The notes beneath the pieces are model-generated. The model ran no database searches. It was not told the origin of the DNA and saw only the letters and a program-made list of their open reading frames with translations. 64,000 nt of DNA from contig JBHGNT010000005.1 of the NCBI GenBank assembly GCA_043228905.1, positions 16,368,001-16,432,000 on the forward strand. Direction: 5' to 3'. Positions within the stretch are counted from its first letter, which is position 1, and each line of letters begins with the position of its first letter. A program made the position numbers and the translations under genes. Shown here piece by piece: positions 1 to 11,604 of the stretch. The DNA is from Azolla caroliniana. Lineage: Eukaryota > Plantae > Polypodiophyta.

Positions 1-2526
1 AAATGACGTCAGGCTTTCTACTACCTGCCCGAGAAAATGTCCTCCTTGGTCACTTATAAGCTCGATCGGGCATCCATACCGGCACCATATGCACTCGTAC
101 AGAAACTTTGCCGTGGACGCGACCGTGTTGTCCCGTAAGGCCTTTGCTTCTACCCATTTGGTGCAATAGTCGGTTGCCACTATGACATACCGATTTCCGG
201 TTCGCATTGCCGGTGGCTTGAAGGGACCGACAAAGTCCAAACCCCACTTTTGAAACGGTTCCAAAGGCAAGACCGGGTGGTGTGGCATCCGGGCCTGCTC
301 CGTGTGTTGGCCCAGTCGTTGACACAAATCGCATTCTCTGCTATACTTCACGGCATCTTTTAAGGTGGTGGGCCACCACAGTCTGCTCTGCCATATTTTC
401 CGAGCGGTTGCGTCGCCGGCATAATGCCCGCCGGCAATTCCATAGTGGGCTTCCCTAAGGATTAAATCCTTCTGATCGCTCCGCACTGCTCGTCTCCAGA
501 TGCCATCTGCCCCCTTGTGATAGAGGGTGTCTCCAACCAAGCAGAAATGTCTGCTTCTTACTGCTACCCTTTTCCTTTCATCGCGGTCCATGTTCTCCGG
601 GGGTACTCCGGTGCTCAGGAACTGATGCATCTCAGTTAGCCACGTGTCTTCATCGGCCACTGTTGCATCCGTTGCCGGTTTCGTCGTGATCCGGAACAAC
701 TCGGCGTCGGGGAACTCATCCTGGACGCCGTCCCCTGCTTCTCCGGATTCGAGGCTGCTTAGGTAGTCCGCTACCGCATGCTGCGCCCCGGGTCGGTGGA
801 AAATGTCGAATTCAAATTCCTGTAACAGCAGTGTCCATCGTGCAATTTTTCCCGTCAGGTATGCCTTCGAGACCAGGTAGAGTAGTGCCGAATGGTCGAC
901 ATGGAAGGAAAACTTCCTTCCGAGCAGATAGTGCCTGTACTTTGTGACACTATACACCATTCCCAATGCCTCGCGTTCCGTCGTAGAGTAGTTCCGTTCG
1001 GCTTTTGAGAGTTTCCGGCTTGCGTAGTACACCGGTCGGTACCATTTCGGCTCCGTGAGTTGCATCAGAACGCTGCCGATTGCTACGTCCGACGCGTCGA
1101 CGAAGACGTGAAAGCTTTTACTCCAATCCGACGGTTGCACCACCGGAGCTTGCGACAGCATAACCTTCAACGCTTGGTAGGCTTCCTCCTCCGTCTTCGC
1201 CCATAGGAAGGGTACCCTGTGTACGGCGGTATGTAATGGTGTAGCGAAGTCTGCGAGGTGCCGTATCATCCGGCTATGCCACCTTATTTGGCCCAGGAAC
1301 CGGCTTAAAGCCTTTGCGTTATTTGGTGATGGTGCCTCGAGAATCGCCTTGACTTTATGCGGATCTACCGCGATTCCTTCCTTACTCACCACGTGCCCTA
1401 GTAAGTTGCCGCTTTCCACTCCAAAGACACACTTGGCCGGGTTCAGACTCAACCGGTACTCGCGGCACTTCTCCAAGCACAACCGGAGGTGATCGAGATG
1501 CTCTCCGTGCTGGCTGTAGACTGCGAAATCGTCAAGGAAGACCTGCATAAAACCGGGGATATATTCCCCGAAAATTTCCATTATTATCCTTTGAAAGGTC
1601 GCTGGAGCCGTCTTTAGTCCGAACATCATCACGACCGCGACGAACACTCCCCATTCCATAACGAACGTTGTCTTCTCCTGGTCGACCGGGTTCATTCGTA
1701 TTTGGTTGTAGCCGCTAAATCCATCCAGGAAGCTGTAAACTTCGTGGCCGGCTACCGCATCTAACACCCCGTCCGTAAATGGTAGTGGAAACGCATCGGT
1801 CACTGTTGCGGCATTTAGTTTGCGATAGTCCACGCATACCCGGATTTTGCCGTTCTTTTTCGGGACCACCACTATCGGACTCAGCCAGGTTGCCTGGCTG
1901 ACCGGTCGGATAAATCCGACCCGGAGGAGCTTATCAATTTCCTCCTTCACCTTCGCCGCATAATTCGGATTCATCCGGTACCTGCGTTGAGCGATCGGTT
2001 TCGTGTCCGTACTTAGGTGAATTTGGTGCTGATAGAGCTGGGGGTCCAGCCCTCGCATGTCTTCGTACGACCACGCGAACACATCCTTGAAGTCTGTTAA
2101 TAATGCTACCATTGCCTTCTTTTCTTCCTTCGGCAATTCCTTTGCGACATTTACCGGTCGGGGCTTGTCTGTTGTGCCGAGGTCCACCTCCTCTAGTTTG
2201 GATGCTTTTACCCTCTGGGATATCGTCATTTCCCTCTCTAGGGATTCCTGCGCTTGTCGCAGTTCCCGGATCGCTGCTTGGTCCGGTTCATCCAGCGTCG
2301 TAATGTACGGTTCTATTGCCGTTGTGATATCCACCTCAAATAGTGGGACGATTCGTGGGTGTTCCTCGAGGTACTGCTCGACTTCCTCGTCTGGTAATCC
2401 CTCCAACATGTTGATGCTTTCCGCATACAATGGAGTTGCTTCCTTACTGGCGATCACCCGTGGTTGCGTCGTTACTCGTACATTTGTTTTCCCTCGCCAG
2501 AATGTGATCATGTTCTTTTGCCAGTT
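1..2526 (-). CDS. Gypsy pol (RT-RNase H-integrase N-terminus), open to the window edge
   Basis: Manual translation of most of the frame found no stops: DVFAWSYEDM, WLSPIVVVPKKNG, CVDYRKLN, FLDGFSGYNQI, FLDD, RH motifs, integrase Zn finger. Confidence 0.88.
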
Positions 2527-4913
2527 CTACTTGATATGCGTCGTTCGCAGCCATGGTCGTCCTAGCAGTAGGGGGTACGCGCCTTGTACATTCAGCTGCA
2601 GCACCACGGCCGATATCCGGAATACGTGGCCTCCGATCGTTACTTCCAATTCTCGGATAAGCCCGGTCGGTCGGACTGAGCTGGTATCCGCCATGCGTAA
2701 CCAGAAGGGGCATGGTTCCCATTCCCGGATGCCCAAGTTATCGCATGTCTATCGGCTGATGACATTTACCCCGGAGCCTCCGTCAATAATCGTTCCAGCA
2801 ATTTCCTTTCCTTTCACGATTGCCGTGATCGCCGGGCTACTTGTATCGACCACCGCTGGTCCTTCCTCCAGGTTGGAGAAGAATGCCGGTGCTGGCGTCG
2901 GCTTCGATTTGCTCACGGATGCCTGTAAGTCTGCCGTAAACCGTGGCACCAACTGTAGTAGTCGTGCTAACGGCAGCACGATTTGACAGTCCTGTAGCGC
3001 TTGCCACGTCGGGTTTTCTCCTGGCTGTATGATTTCTTCGTCTTTTGGCATATTTTGGTCTCTTACTTCTGCCGCATTCTGTTCATTGGCCTCCTTGATC
3101 CATTGCGATGCTTGTTTTCTGATTGCCTCCTGGGCTTCCCACTCGGCGGTCTTTCCCTTTGACCGGGTTGTGACCTGCTGTACTTCTGTTATTTCGGCTT
3201 TAACCATGTTGACTGTCGGCTGCTTGTCATTGGTTTTGCTTGGGCATTGGTTACTATAATGGCCTTCCTTACGGCAGTAATAACAGTACACCTTGTGATT
3301 GTTGCTCGTTTCTCCTTTGTCCCCGGTTTGGAGGGTGGGTATGCTTCGGCGGTCGTCTTCGGTTTTTCGGTTATCCGGTACCGATACCGGGTTGTCATTC
3401 CTTGCTGCCTCCCGACGTTCCTCTCTTCGGAAAAATCCACACTTCTGATTCCGTCGGAAATTTCGGTTCCCTTGTCGCCTCTCTTCTCTGCGTCGTTCGT
3501 ATTCCGGGGATTCGTCTCGATCGTACCGGTCCCGGGGGTAGCTATCTCTGCGTTTCTCCTCTCGGTCATAGTTATCGCGTCTTCTATCAGCGTATCTGTT
3601 ACCGCGTTCACGTTGGTAGCGGTCGTCTCTCCGGAATCGATCCTCATCCGGGTTCTGATTGCGCGGTTCTATGTGTCGAACCGGTGCTGCCTGCCGATTT
3701 AACAGGTTATATTCGCATCGGTCCGTTGTATGGGCTCGAGAGTTGCAAATCATACATTATGTCCGCAGGGTGCAGTCTACTGTTGAGTGGCCCGAATTTA
3801 GGCATGTTGTGCATTGTAAGGCCTGTCGGAACCTCAGGTCTTCCTCCTTCGGGAGTGCCCGGTGTAACATCCCCATCGACAAGAAGGAGCTAGTCTTGTC
3901 CATTTCTAAGACCCGATCAATAACTTGGTCCATTGTGCTGGTGTGGAAATCAAGGACTCCGCACATTGTTCGAAGTGGCTCTTTCAGCGCGGCCAAAAAG
4001 ACGGCTTTGGCTTCGTCTTCAGGTGGTGCTCTCGTCAGTTGGCTGTGCAGGGTCTGAAACCGAATGATGAATTGTGGCACAGTCTCGGTCTCTTCCTGTC
4101 GGGTGGTTTAGAACTGCCCGACCAATTCCCTTTGCTCAACTTGTCTGTGAAAAAGCCTGAGGAATCTGGCCTTCAAGGCATCGAATGTGGCAAAGCTGCC
4201 CGGTAAGTGCTTTGCGTGCCATCGGGCCGCCGGTCCTTCTAAGGTCATGCCGAATTCGGCGACTTTGGATCGTTCGGCTTCAGGCTCCGTCAGTCTTTGG
4301 GAGACATGGTTGGCTTCCCATGTTTGGAGGAATGCGTACACGTGTGCCTCCGCGTCGGGCTCATCCCGGTACTTTGGGTATGGGTACGGCATCGTGTCGT
4401 CCAACTGACTCTCCTGCCTTCTCCGCTCTCTGTCCGCTGTTGGCGTCGGTGTGAGAACCTTTGGTTCCTCCGCGGTTGGTGCCGGTATCCGCTCCTTCAG
4501 TTCCTCCGCGGGTGTTGCCGGTGTCCGGTCCTTTGATTCCTCCGTGGGTGTTCTGACCCCTCTTCCCCCCGGTCGTTTGGTGTGTCATGGCTGCTTTTAT
4601 ACCGGGATGCAACGCTTCCGTCGCTTTCCGACTCCGCCTCAAGTGATGTGAATGCTTCCGAGTCCCCGTCGCCCCCGGCAAGCGTTTGTAGTATCGTTTC
4701 CGCCTCTTGCAGGCTTGTTATGCTACTGCCTTCGTCGGGGACTTGCAGAACCCGGAACTGCAGTGCTTCTTCTGCGACTCTCCGAAGAGTTTTGGAGAAT
4801 GACCGATCCCGCCGGATCTCGTCGACGGCTTGCTGCAGGGCTTCCCGTCGTTGCTCGCGTTCGGTGTATCATCTCCCTCGTTCGGTGATGTGGTCGTCGT
4901 TTGGTCTAGACAT
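2527..4913 (-). pseudogene. Gypsy gag-protease with in-frame stops; three CCHC zinc knuckles
   Basis: ORFs 4108-4404, 3757-4080, 2749-3753 and 2527-2736 are one frame split by single stops. Knuckles CTTCLNSGHSTVDC, CMICNSRAHTTDRC, CYYCRKEGHYSNQC. Confidence 0.88.
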
Positions 4914-4949
4914 CCATCCCCCGGTTGTCGTCTGTACTTTGCAGGAATC

Positions 4950-4959
4950 GTGGTCGCCA
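4950..4959 (-). promoter_or_regulatory. Primer binding site TGGCGACCAC (tRNA-Arg type)
   Basis: 6 nt inside the LTR end; complementary to the 3' end of plant tRNA-Arg(UCG) as recalled. Confidence 0.7.
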
Positions 4960-4965
4960 AAATAG

Positions 4966-5344
4966 TGTTGTCTGCCTGGCCGGACTAGCCTCAACACAGG
5001 TGTCTATCCGACACTTCTCCAAAGGGGTGGTAAGGATTGGATGTTAGGTTACACGCGTAAGATGATTACAATTAAGCACAGACGGTAAAACAATACAGAG
5101 ATACAGATAAACACGCAATAATTCTATTTGTATTACTTTCCGTCCCAGCCTTTACAAATCATCGGATCCTTTTATAGGCATCCGGCAAGGTTACAATCGG
5201 TGCGCTTAGGCAACCGACATCCGAATCGGTCCGGATCCGGATCGGTACAACTGTACCGGATCCGTCCCTCCGAATAATAATTTTACTTCCTATTATCCGA
5301 TCCGACTCCGCCTTCCCACTTGTCCTTGCTCTTCTGACCGGTCA
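4966..5344 (-). repeat. 5' LTR of the Athila-like element
   Basis: Minus strand TG...CA ends next to the PBS; TATA-like motif near 5171; unrelated coding sequence resumes at 5345. Partner LTR is outside the window. Confidence 0.65.
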
Positions 5345-5890
5345 GTATTGCGATTAGAGAATTGACTTGTTTTTGCTTCCATTGTGTGCAGGGAAATTGG
5401 AGATATTTTCTAAACAAAGCATACATTCAGAATTGGGAGTATCACACTCTGAATGATAAGGAAGCAGTTGATGGAGAAACAGGGCAAAATGCTGACTTCA
5501 CAGATGAGGGACTTGGAGATACTTTGAGTGATGTCTTGAACGTTGGGGATAACTTCGCTGTAAATGTTGAAGAAGGCAATTCAGAGGGTGCTGATTTCTA
5601 TATATTAAAGTGCACGGTTAGTAAATAGTGTGCAAGGCATAATATTGTAGATGCATGGGGAAATTTTGTATCTGCCGGGACATTCTACATCGAAGACATT
5701 TTTTATGCAAAACTAGATGACTACGAATATGTGTACAGGCTGTTAGAAGACAAACTAGCGGCGTACATGTACTCTCATTTGGTCAAGTGCATCAACGTCC
5801 CAATGTCAGAATACAATAGCTGTCAGGTTTATACACTGTTGGTGCTAATGTGTATGAATGTATTTACAATAGTATGCCATGGAATTTGTA
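5345..5890 (+). pseudogene. C-terminal fragment of a probable DNA-transposon transposase (Sola2-like)
   Basis: IRELTCFCFHCVQGNW..N..YIQNW and VGDNFAV..EEGNSEGADFYILKC resemble the Cys-rich tail of Sola2-type transposases. Stop at 5626; N-terminus cut off by the Gypsy insertion. Confidence 0.5.
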
Positions 5891-6244
5891 GCTACAAGTA
5901 GCACTTACGGTACCATGTTCTCTTGTAAAACAAACATGTATTTCGCGAAAACAGTTAAATAAATTCGTTTGAGAATCAATTTCTTGTATACAGTCTGCTT
6001 TCTGTGCTTCTTTCTCAATAAAATCACGTCTTTTTTGTTAAGTTTTAAGTTATAAGTTATAGCGAAATAGTCATCAGTAGCTAATTAGCTGTACAAATGC
6101 AGCTAATTAGCTGTCAATAGCTAATTAGTCATCAATAGCATGAAATCAACAATCTGCAACATATTCCTCAAATTACACAGTAGATAAGTACAGTGGGAAC
6201 AAGTAATTAAATTCTTCATTGAATAATGTCATCTCTTTACATAT

Positions 6245-7260
6245 TTATAAATTACCATTGGAAATGTCTACAAATCTCCTATAAACAGCTAAGCTCTTGC
6301 TAGTCAGTGGAATGAGTCTACATATATTATCCACATATCGAGCTCGGTATGGAGTCCACAACCATGCACCTAGTTGGCAGCTCACTATTTGCACCAGGTA
6401 CTGTTCAGGCATTTCCTCGGGTAGAATGAGACAGCATCTCCGAATATTGAAGTAGTGCCGGAAATGTTCTGTATCCAAAATCAATGTATTGTCGGCATTA
6501 TATTCAGGCCAAATAGCCCAAAAATCAGAAAGTCTCTTGAATCTTGCAGCTTCCATTTGCTCACAATTTTCTCGTGCCCATTGACCTTTAAAACGACTTC
6601 GCCATTTTGGGAAGAATCTTGCCAAACACTTCCACACATCTGATTTTGGTTTTTCACTCCAAATAAACAAATCAAAGTATTGCACAACCCACTCTAGAAA
6701 CTGATTCGCGTCCCTCCTTGGTTGCATATATCTCACACTCATCAAGACTTTATCAAGCTCCAAGATCAAGGCTTTTCTTTCGACTTCTAGTGGTTTAGGT
6801 TTCCATTCCTGAAACTACGCCGCTGTTACACCATTTTCTGGTAAGATACGATCAATCTCAATCAGCTCAGGTTCGGCCGACACAACTGGTGTCCTTTTCC
6901 TCTTCAAACCCCTAGTCGACTGTGTTGGGCCTGGCTTCACATTTTGGTGCTCTTGTTTTGTCGACTTAGTTATCAATCCTTGGATTACCTCGGTGCATGT
7001 AGCTACTAATCTGCTCGATATCAGTCCACTGGTATCACATGCTGCATCTACCTGCAACAACAAGTCATCCATGCTACATGCTGCATCTACCTGCAACACC
7101 AAGTCATCCGTGCAACATGCTTGATCAACTTGTGTGACCAGATCACTTGTGTCAGTTGCTACATCTACTTTCAAGATGGGGCCCTTTAAACATGCCGCAA
7201 CATCAACAGTATCCACACTGCCATTGGCCTTACGAGCAATAGAATCAAACCCTTTAGACT
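6245..7260 (-). pseudogene. Exon encoding 13-aa VDAAC repeats, a KRKR NLS-like motif and a degenerate FCP1/NIF (HAD) phosphatase-like domain
   Basis: AG acceptor at 7261-7262. ORFs 6815-7339 and 6245-6769 are in frame across one TAG. KALILELDKVL...FLEWVVQYFDLFIWS...WARENC...YNADNTLILD follows the FCP1 layout, but DxDxT is ELDKV. Confidence 0.7.
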
Positions 7261-7509
7261 CTGCAACATTAGAAAACACCAACATATTCACACTCACAAA
7301 GTAACTAACAGTCTCACAAAACAACATCTTGAACATCAAAGAGTTTCAGTCATAGAACAACACTCTTCAAATTATCTTGGAAAAACATCATAGAGTTCCA
7401 TTACATAATGTGGATCAAGCAACAACCAATCTGAGGTTTTACTTGTCCAATAGGATAGTAAAACTTCATAAAACCCTAGAAAAATCCCTAAGCTAACAAT
7501 CATATCCAA

Positions 7510-10262
7510 CTAAACAGTATTTCGCTCCACTACGTCTGGGCCCCTTGACCGAGTAACTGGTCGTGTTCCCGATCGTGGCCCCTTCTTCAGCCTTTTTCTG
7601 GTCGGTTCCCCATTTAGCCTTGCTTCTTTCACCCAATGCGCAAGTGTGTCCTCCTCCGACAACCTTCCCATCGCCTCAGCAGTTAATTGCACATCAGCCG
7701 TTTCTTGAACTAGCTTTTTAAGTACAGAGGGATCTGTTTGGACATTTTCAGTAGTTGGGCTCGGTGGGGTGGAATCAAGGTCTTGAGATTCGAAGAAATG
7801 TTGCATCAAGTGTTCATAAACACTGTTGTTGTGAACCTCAGTTTTACATGTTGTTTCCACTATTTCATGGCATTTCACATCGTTGCCTAATTCAGTACAC
7901 TGTTCCAAAAGAATAGGGTGGAGCTGATCTGAAGGAGATGTGATAGCAGGACTCTTACTTTTAGCCACGTTGGCAGTAGTATCATCATCTGTTGCAGCGT
8001 CATCAGCACCAGACACATCATGTGCCGTCCTTAATCCACAAGATTCTACAATAACATGGCAGCTATTTAGGATAGCTAATTAGCTACTTTACTAAACTAT
8101 GGTAGAAGCTAGGATAGCTAATTAGCTAGTACGATAGCTAATTAGCTAGTATGATAGCTAATAGGATAGCTAATTAGCTAGTACAATAGCTAATTAGCTA
8201 CTTTACTCAACTATGGTAGTAGCTAGGATAGCTAATTAGCTATCATTAGCTACAATGATAGCTAATTAGCTACTTTCTCAACTATGTAGTAGCTAGGATA
8301 GCTTATTAGCTACTAGGATAGCTAATTAGCTGCCAGTAGCTAATTAGCTACTAGGATAGCTTATTAGCTACTTTACACAACTATGGCAGTAGCTAATTAG
8401 CTACTATGATAGCTAATTAGCTACTAGGATAGCTTATTAGCTACTTTATACAACTATGGCAGTAGCTAATTAGCTAGTAGGATAGCTAATTAGCTACTAG
8501 GATAGCTAATTAGTTGCCAGTAGCTAAGTAGTTGCCAGTAGCTAATTAGCTAGTAGGATAGCTAATTAGCTTTTTTACACAACTATGGTACTAGCTAATT
8601 AGCTAGTAGCTCATTAGCTGCCAGTAGCTAATTAGCTACTTTACACAACTATGGTGCTAGCTAATTAGCTATGAGTAGCTAACTAGCTGGCATTAGCTAA
8701 TTAGCTGCTAGTAGGATAGCTAATTAGCTAGTAGCTAACTAGCTGCCACTTAGCTAATTAACTACTGTAGTAAACTATGGCAGTAGCTAATTAACTAATA
8801 GGATAGCTATTAGCTGCTTTAATCAACTATGGTAGTAGCTAATTAGCTACAACGATAGCAGCAAAATAGTTTCCATACTTTTTACGGCTTAGCTAATTAG
8901 AAAAGACTAAGCTTATTAGCTACAGTATGGTATACCTGTTAGTTTTCTCCACTCATTTGGTAGAGTTGTACTGCAATCTCCTAAACAGAATGCAGCAATT
9001 CGACAGGCATGTTGAAAACAAAGCAGATGGTATGTGTGGTTGCATGGTTGTAGGTGAACCAACAAAGACGCAGTTTTGTCCTCCACACCTAACCCGCAAG
9101 CGATGCAACGTGCTTGAACTGTCAATAAATCATTTTCTGGTTCTACTTCATTTGGTAAGGGAGCAAGAATGTTCAGGTCCAAATCCTGTTTGGTCCTTAC
9201 CATTCCCTCCACAAAATGTAGTTGCTTCTTAAGGCAGCTAACTACCTGTTCTTGATGAATGTATTGTTCCTTCAACACAACAGAGAAATTTACCGATTAA
9301 TTATTCCTGTTATTGAAAGATACACCAACTTTGCTCAGGAATCGTTAACTTACTTGAAGCTTATCCAAATTGTAATCTGCAATAGTATTTACACCTAGAA
9401 GGTCCAGGCTCATTGAAATAACCTGGATCTCTATTTGCAGTTGTATTTTACGCTGGGGATCCAGTGGCCCCTCTAATTCAAGCTCCTGTTGCGCAACCTA
9501 TTCCAGATAATGCTTGATTAGCACATTTTACCCTTACAGTTATTTATAACACAATTACATACCAGCAAAACAATAGTTACCTGAATCTTATTTCTAATCG
9601 TTGTAACAGCGGAAGTAACTTTGCTCTCCATTGCAGAAGCCATTGTGGCTTTCTCTAAATCAGTCTTAAAACATGTCAATGTCTCACAGGCTTCATGGAC
9701 ATTTTTTAGCATATAGCTAACCAATGTCTCACCTATATTATCGACATTGGCTTTCCTTGGGTGTCGGTGTGGTGTATGCCCCCGGTCTTGCTGGGAGTCG
9801 GCAGTTGCATCAACAACTGCCATGCTCCAAAATCTGTCTATTTTTTGTGCCAAGGTCCCCATCTTTCGGCATCTTTTTACCGATGCCTCACCATAGACTG
9901 CCCAAGCTACCCTATACATTTGAGGGTCTCTGGATTCCTTCGCTGTTTTGCAGTACTCATATGCAAATGCTCTAGCAAATGAAACTGACAACTCATTGTT
10001 GACTGGGATCTCCTGATGAACTTTCTGGTGCAGTCTCATGCAGTCATCGTACAAGTCGGCTCATACATGCTTCAGCTTGACCTTGCCTTTGACTCTAGGC
10101 ACTGTATATACTGTCATCCAGTCTACATCACTGATCAATTTATCACTTAGGACAGTAGGGTCAACACCCTCAAGTGACAGACCATAGGTGTTGTGGAAGT
10201 CCTCCTTTGTCTCGCAAAATTTTGCGAAGTTTAGCACTCTCATATACGGAGGAACGAGCCAT
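7510..10262 (-). pseudogene. Multi-exon gene with coiled-coil and RING-like finger (exons 9581-10262, 9354-9497, 8936-9269, 7510-8045)
   Basis: Phase-compatible GT-AG sites. RING-like CIAC...PCNHTYHLLC...CLGDC. In-frame TGA at 10061; 5' exons missing. Confidence 0.7.
8063..8925. repeat. Intronic satellite of the 14-bp palindrome TAGCTAATTAGCTA
   Basis: Dozens of intact or degenerate copies with CAACTATGG spacers; more copies at about 6075-6140. Confidence 0.95.
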
Positions 10263-10269
10263 CTGAAAT

Positions 10270-10820
10270 ATCATTTCAGAAATCAGAAATAGTGCAAAAT
10301 CAGAATATGTGAGAATCAGAAACCCCAATCAACAACAACAAAAATGGTGCAAAATCTTTAACTTAGCAAATCAGAAACCCTAATCATAATTTGTATTCAG
10401 AAATTTGAAATCAGAAACCCTAATCAAAATCTATAATCAGAAGTTTGAAATCAAAAACCCTAATCAAAATCTGTAATCAGAAGTTTGTAACCAGAAACCC
10501 TATTCAGAAATTCTAATCAGAAATTTATAATCAAAAACCCTAATCAGAAATTTCAATCAGAAACCCTAATTAGAAATTTCAATCACAAACCCTAATCAGA
10601 AATCCTAAACAGAAATTTATAAACAAAAACCCTATTCAGAAATTCTAATCAGAAATTCTAATCTGTAATCAAAATTTGTAACCAGAAACCCTATTCAGAA
10701 ATTCTAATCAGAAATTTATAATCAAAAACCCTAATCAGAAATTTCAATCACAAACCCTAATCAGAAATTCTAATCAGAAATTTATAAACAAAAACCCTAA
10801 TCAGAAATTTCAATCAGAAA
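10270..10820. repeat. Telo-box (AAACCCTAA) containing minisatellite
   Basis: Repeated AAACCCTAATCAGAAATTT..AATCAG units of about 25-45 bp. Confidence 0.93.
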
Positions 10821-11604
10821 CCAGTACCACTTCAGTAGAGAGGACACGCTCATGGACAAAATGATAGTACACCTCAATGTGTTTTGTTTGGGGGTGGAAG
10901 ACTGGGTTCTTAGCTATAGCTGGATGTTGTTGAGGTTGTCGCAATAGATTGTCATTGGATTGGTTACCTCCACCCACAGATCCTTCAGTAGCCGCTTGAG
11001 CCATATGGCTTCGCATGTAGCGACGACCACTCCTCAATACTCGGCCACAATGCTCGATAGTGCCACTGTCGGTTGTTTCTTACTACTCTAGGTGATCATG
11101 GAGCTTCCCAATTAGAACGCAAAACCTGATGTTGACTTGTGATCGCTGGCATGTTCAGCCCAAGCCGCATCTATGTAGCCAACTAACTATTTGACTACAC
11201 CTGCCCGATATAGCAACGCCATGTCCTTAGTGTTGCTTACATATCGTAAGATCCTATGCGCGCATTGAAGGTGTTCGATCTTCGGCTGTGACATAAATTG
11301 ACTGATCAAGCCGACCGGATAGCTAAGGTCCGGACGGTTGATGGTCAGATATATAAGGTTTCCAACTATATGTCGGAATGTGTTGGGTCGCACGCCTTTC
11401 CCAATCCTTGGCGAAGCTTCACGTTCTTGTCCAAAGGAGTCAAGATGGATTTGCAATCCATCATGCCGAACTTGAAGAGCATATTTAGCACATAATGCCA
11501 TTGGATAATCAGTATGCCTTTAGGGGTGCGGATCACTTCGATCCCGAGGAAGTAATGAAGGTCTCCAAGATCCTTCATTTCGAACGATGCCTCAAGCTGA
11601 GACT

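Larger units (their letters stand above)
1..5344 (-). mobile_element. Ty3/Gypsy LTR retrotransposon, Athila-like non-chromovirus (5' LTR, PBS, gag-PR-RT-RH-INT; runs off window start)
   Basis: Order gag, PR (IIDGGSGVN), RT (QVFLDDF), RH (VDASD...TEREALG), INT (H..GGH...CDLC, WGLDFVGP). RH-INT junction 'DEFPDAELF' with no extra RNase H. LTR and PBS at the right end. Confidence 0.93.

Noticed and set aside
2057-2986. 309-aa plus-strand ORF and similar antisense ORFs over TE genes
   Set aside because: Shadows of the minus-strand gag-pol frame with no recognisable motifs.
2527-4110. Programmed readthrough or U-to-C editing of gag stops
   Set aside because: Several stops at scattered positions in a nuclear TE; mutational decay is simpler.
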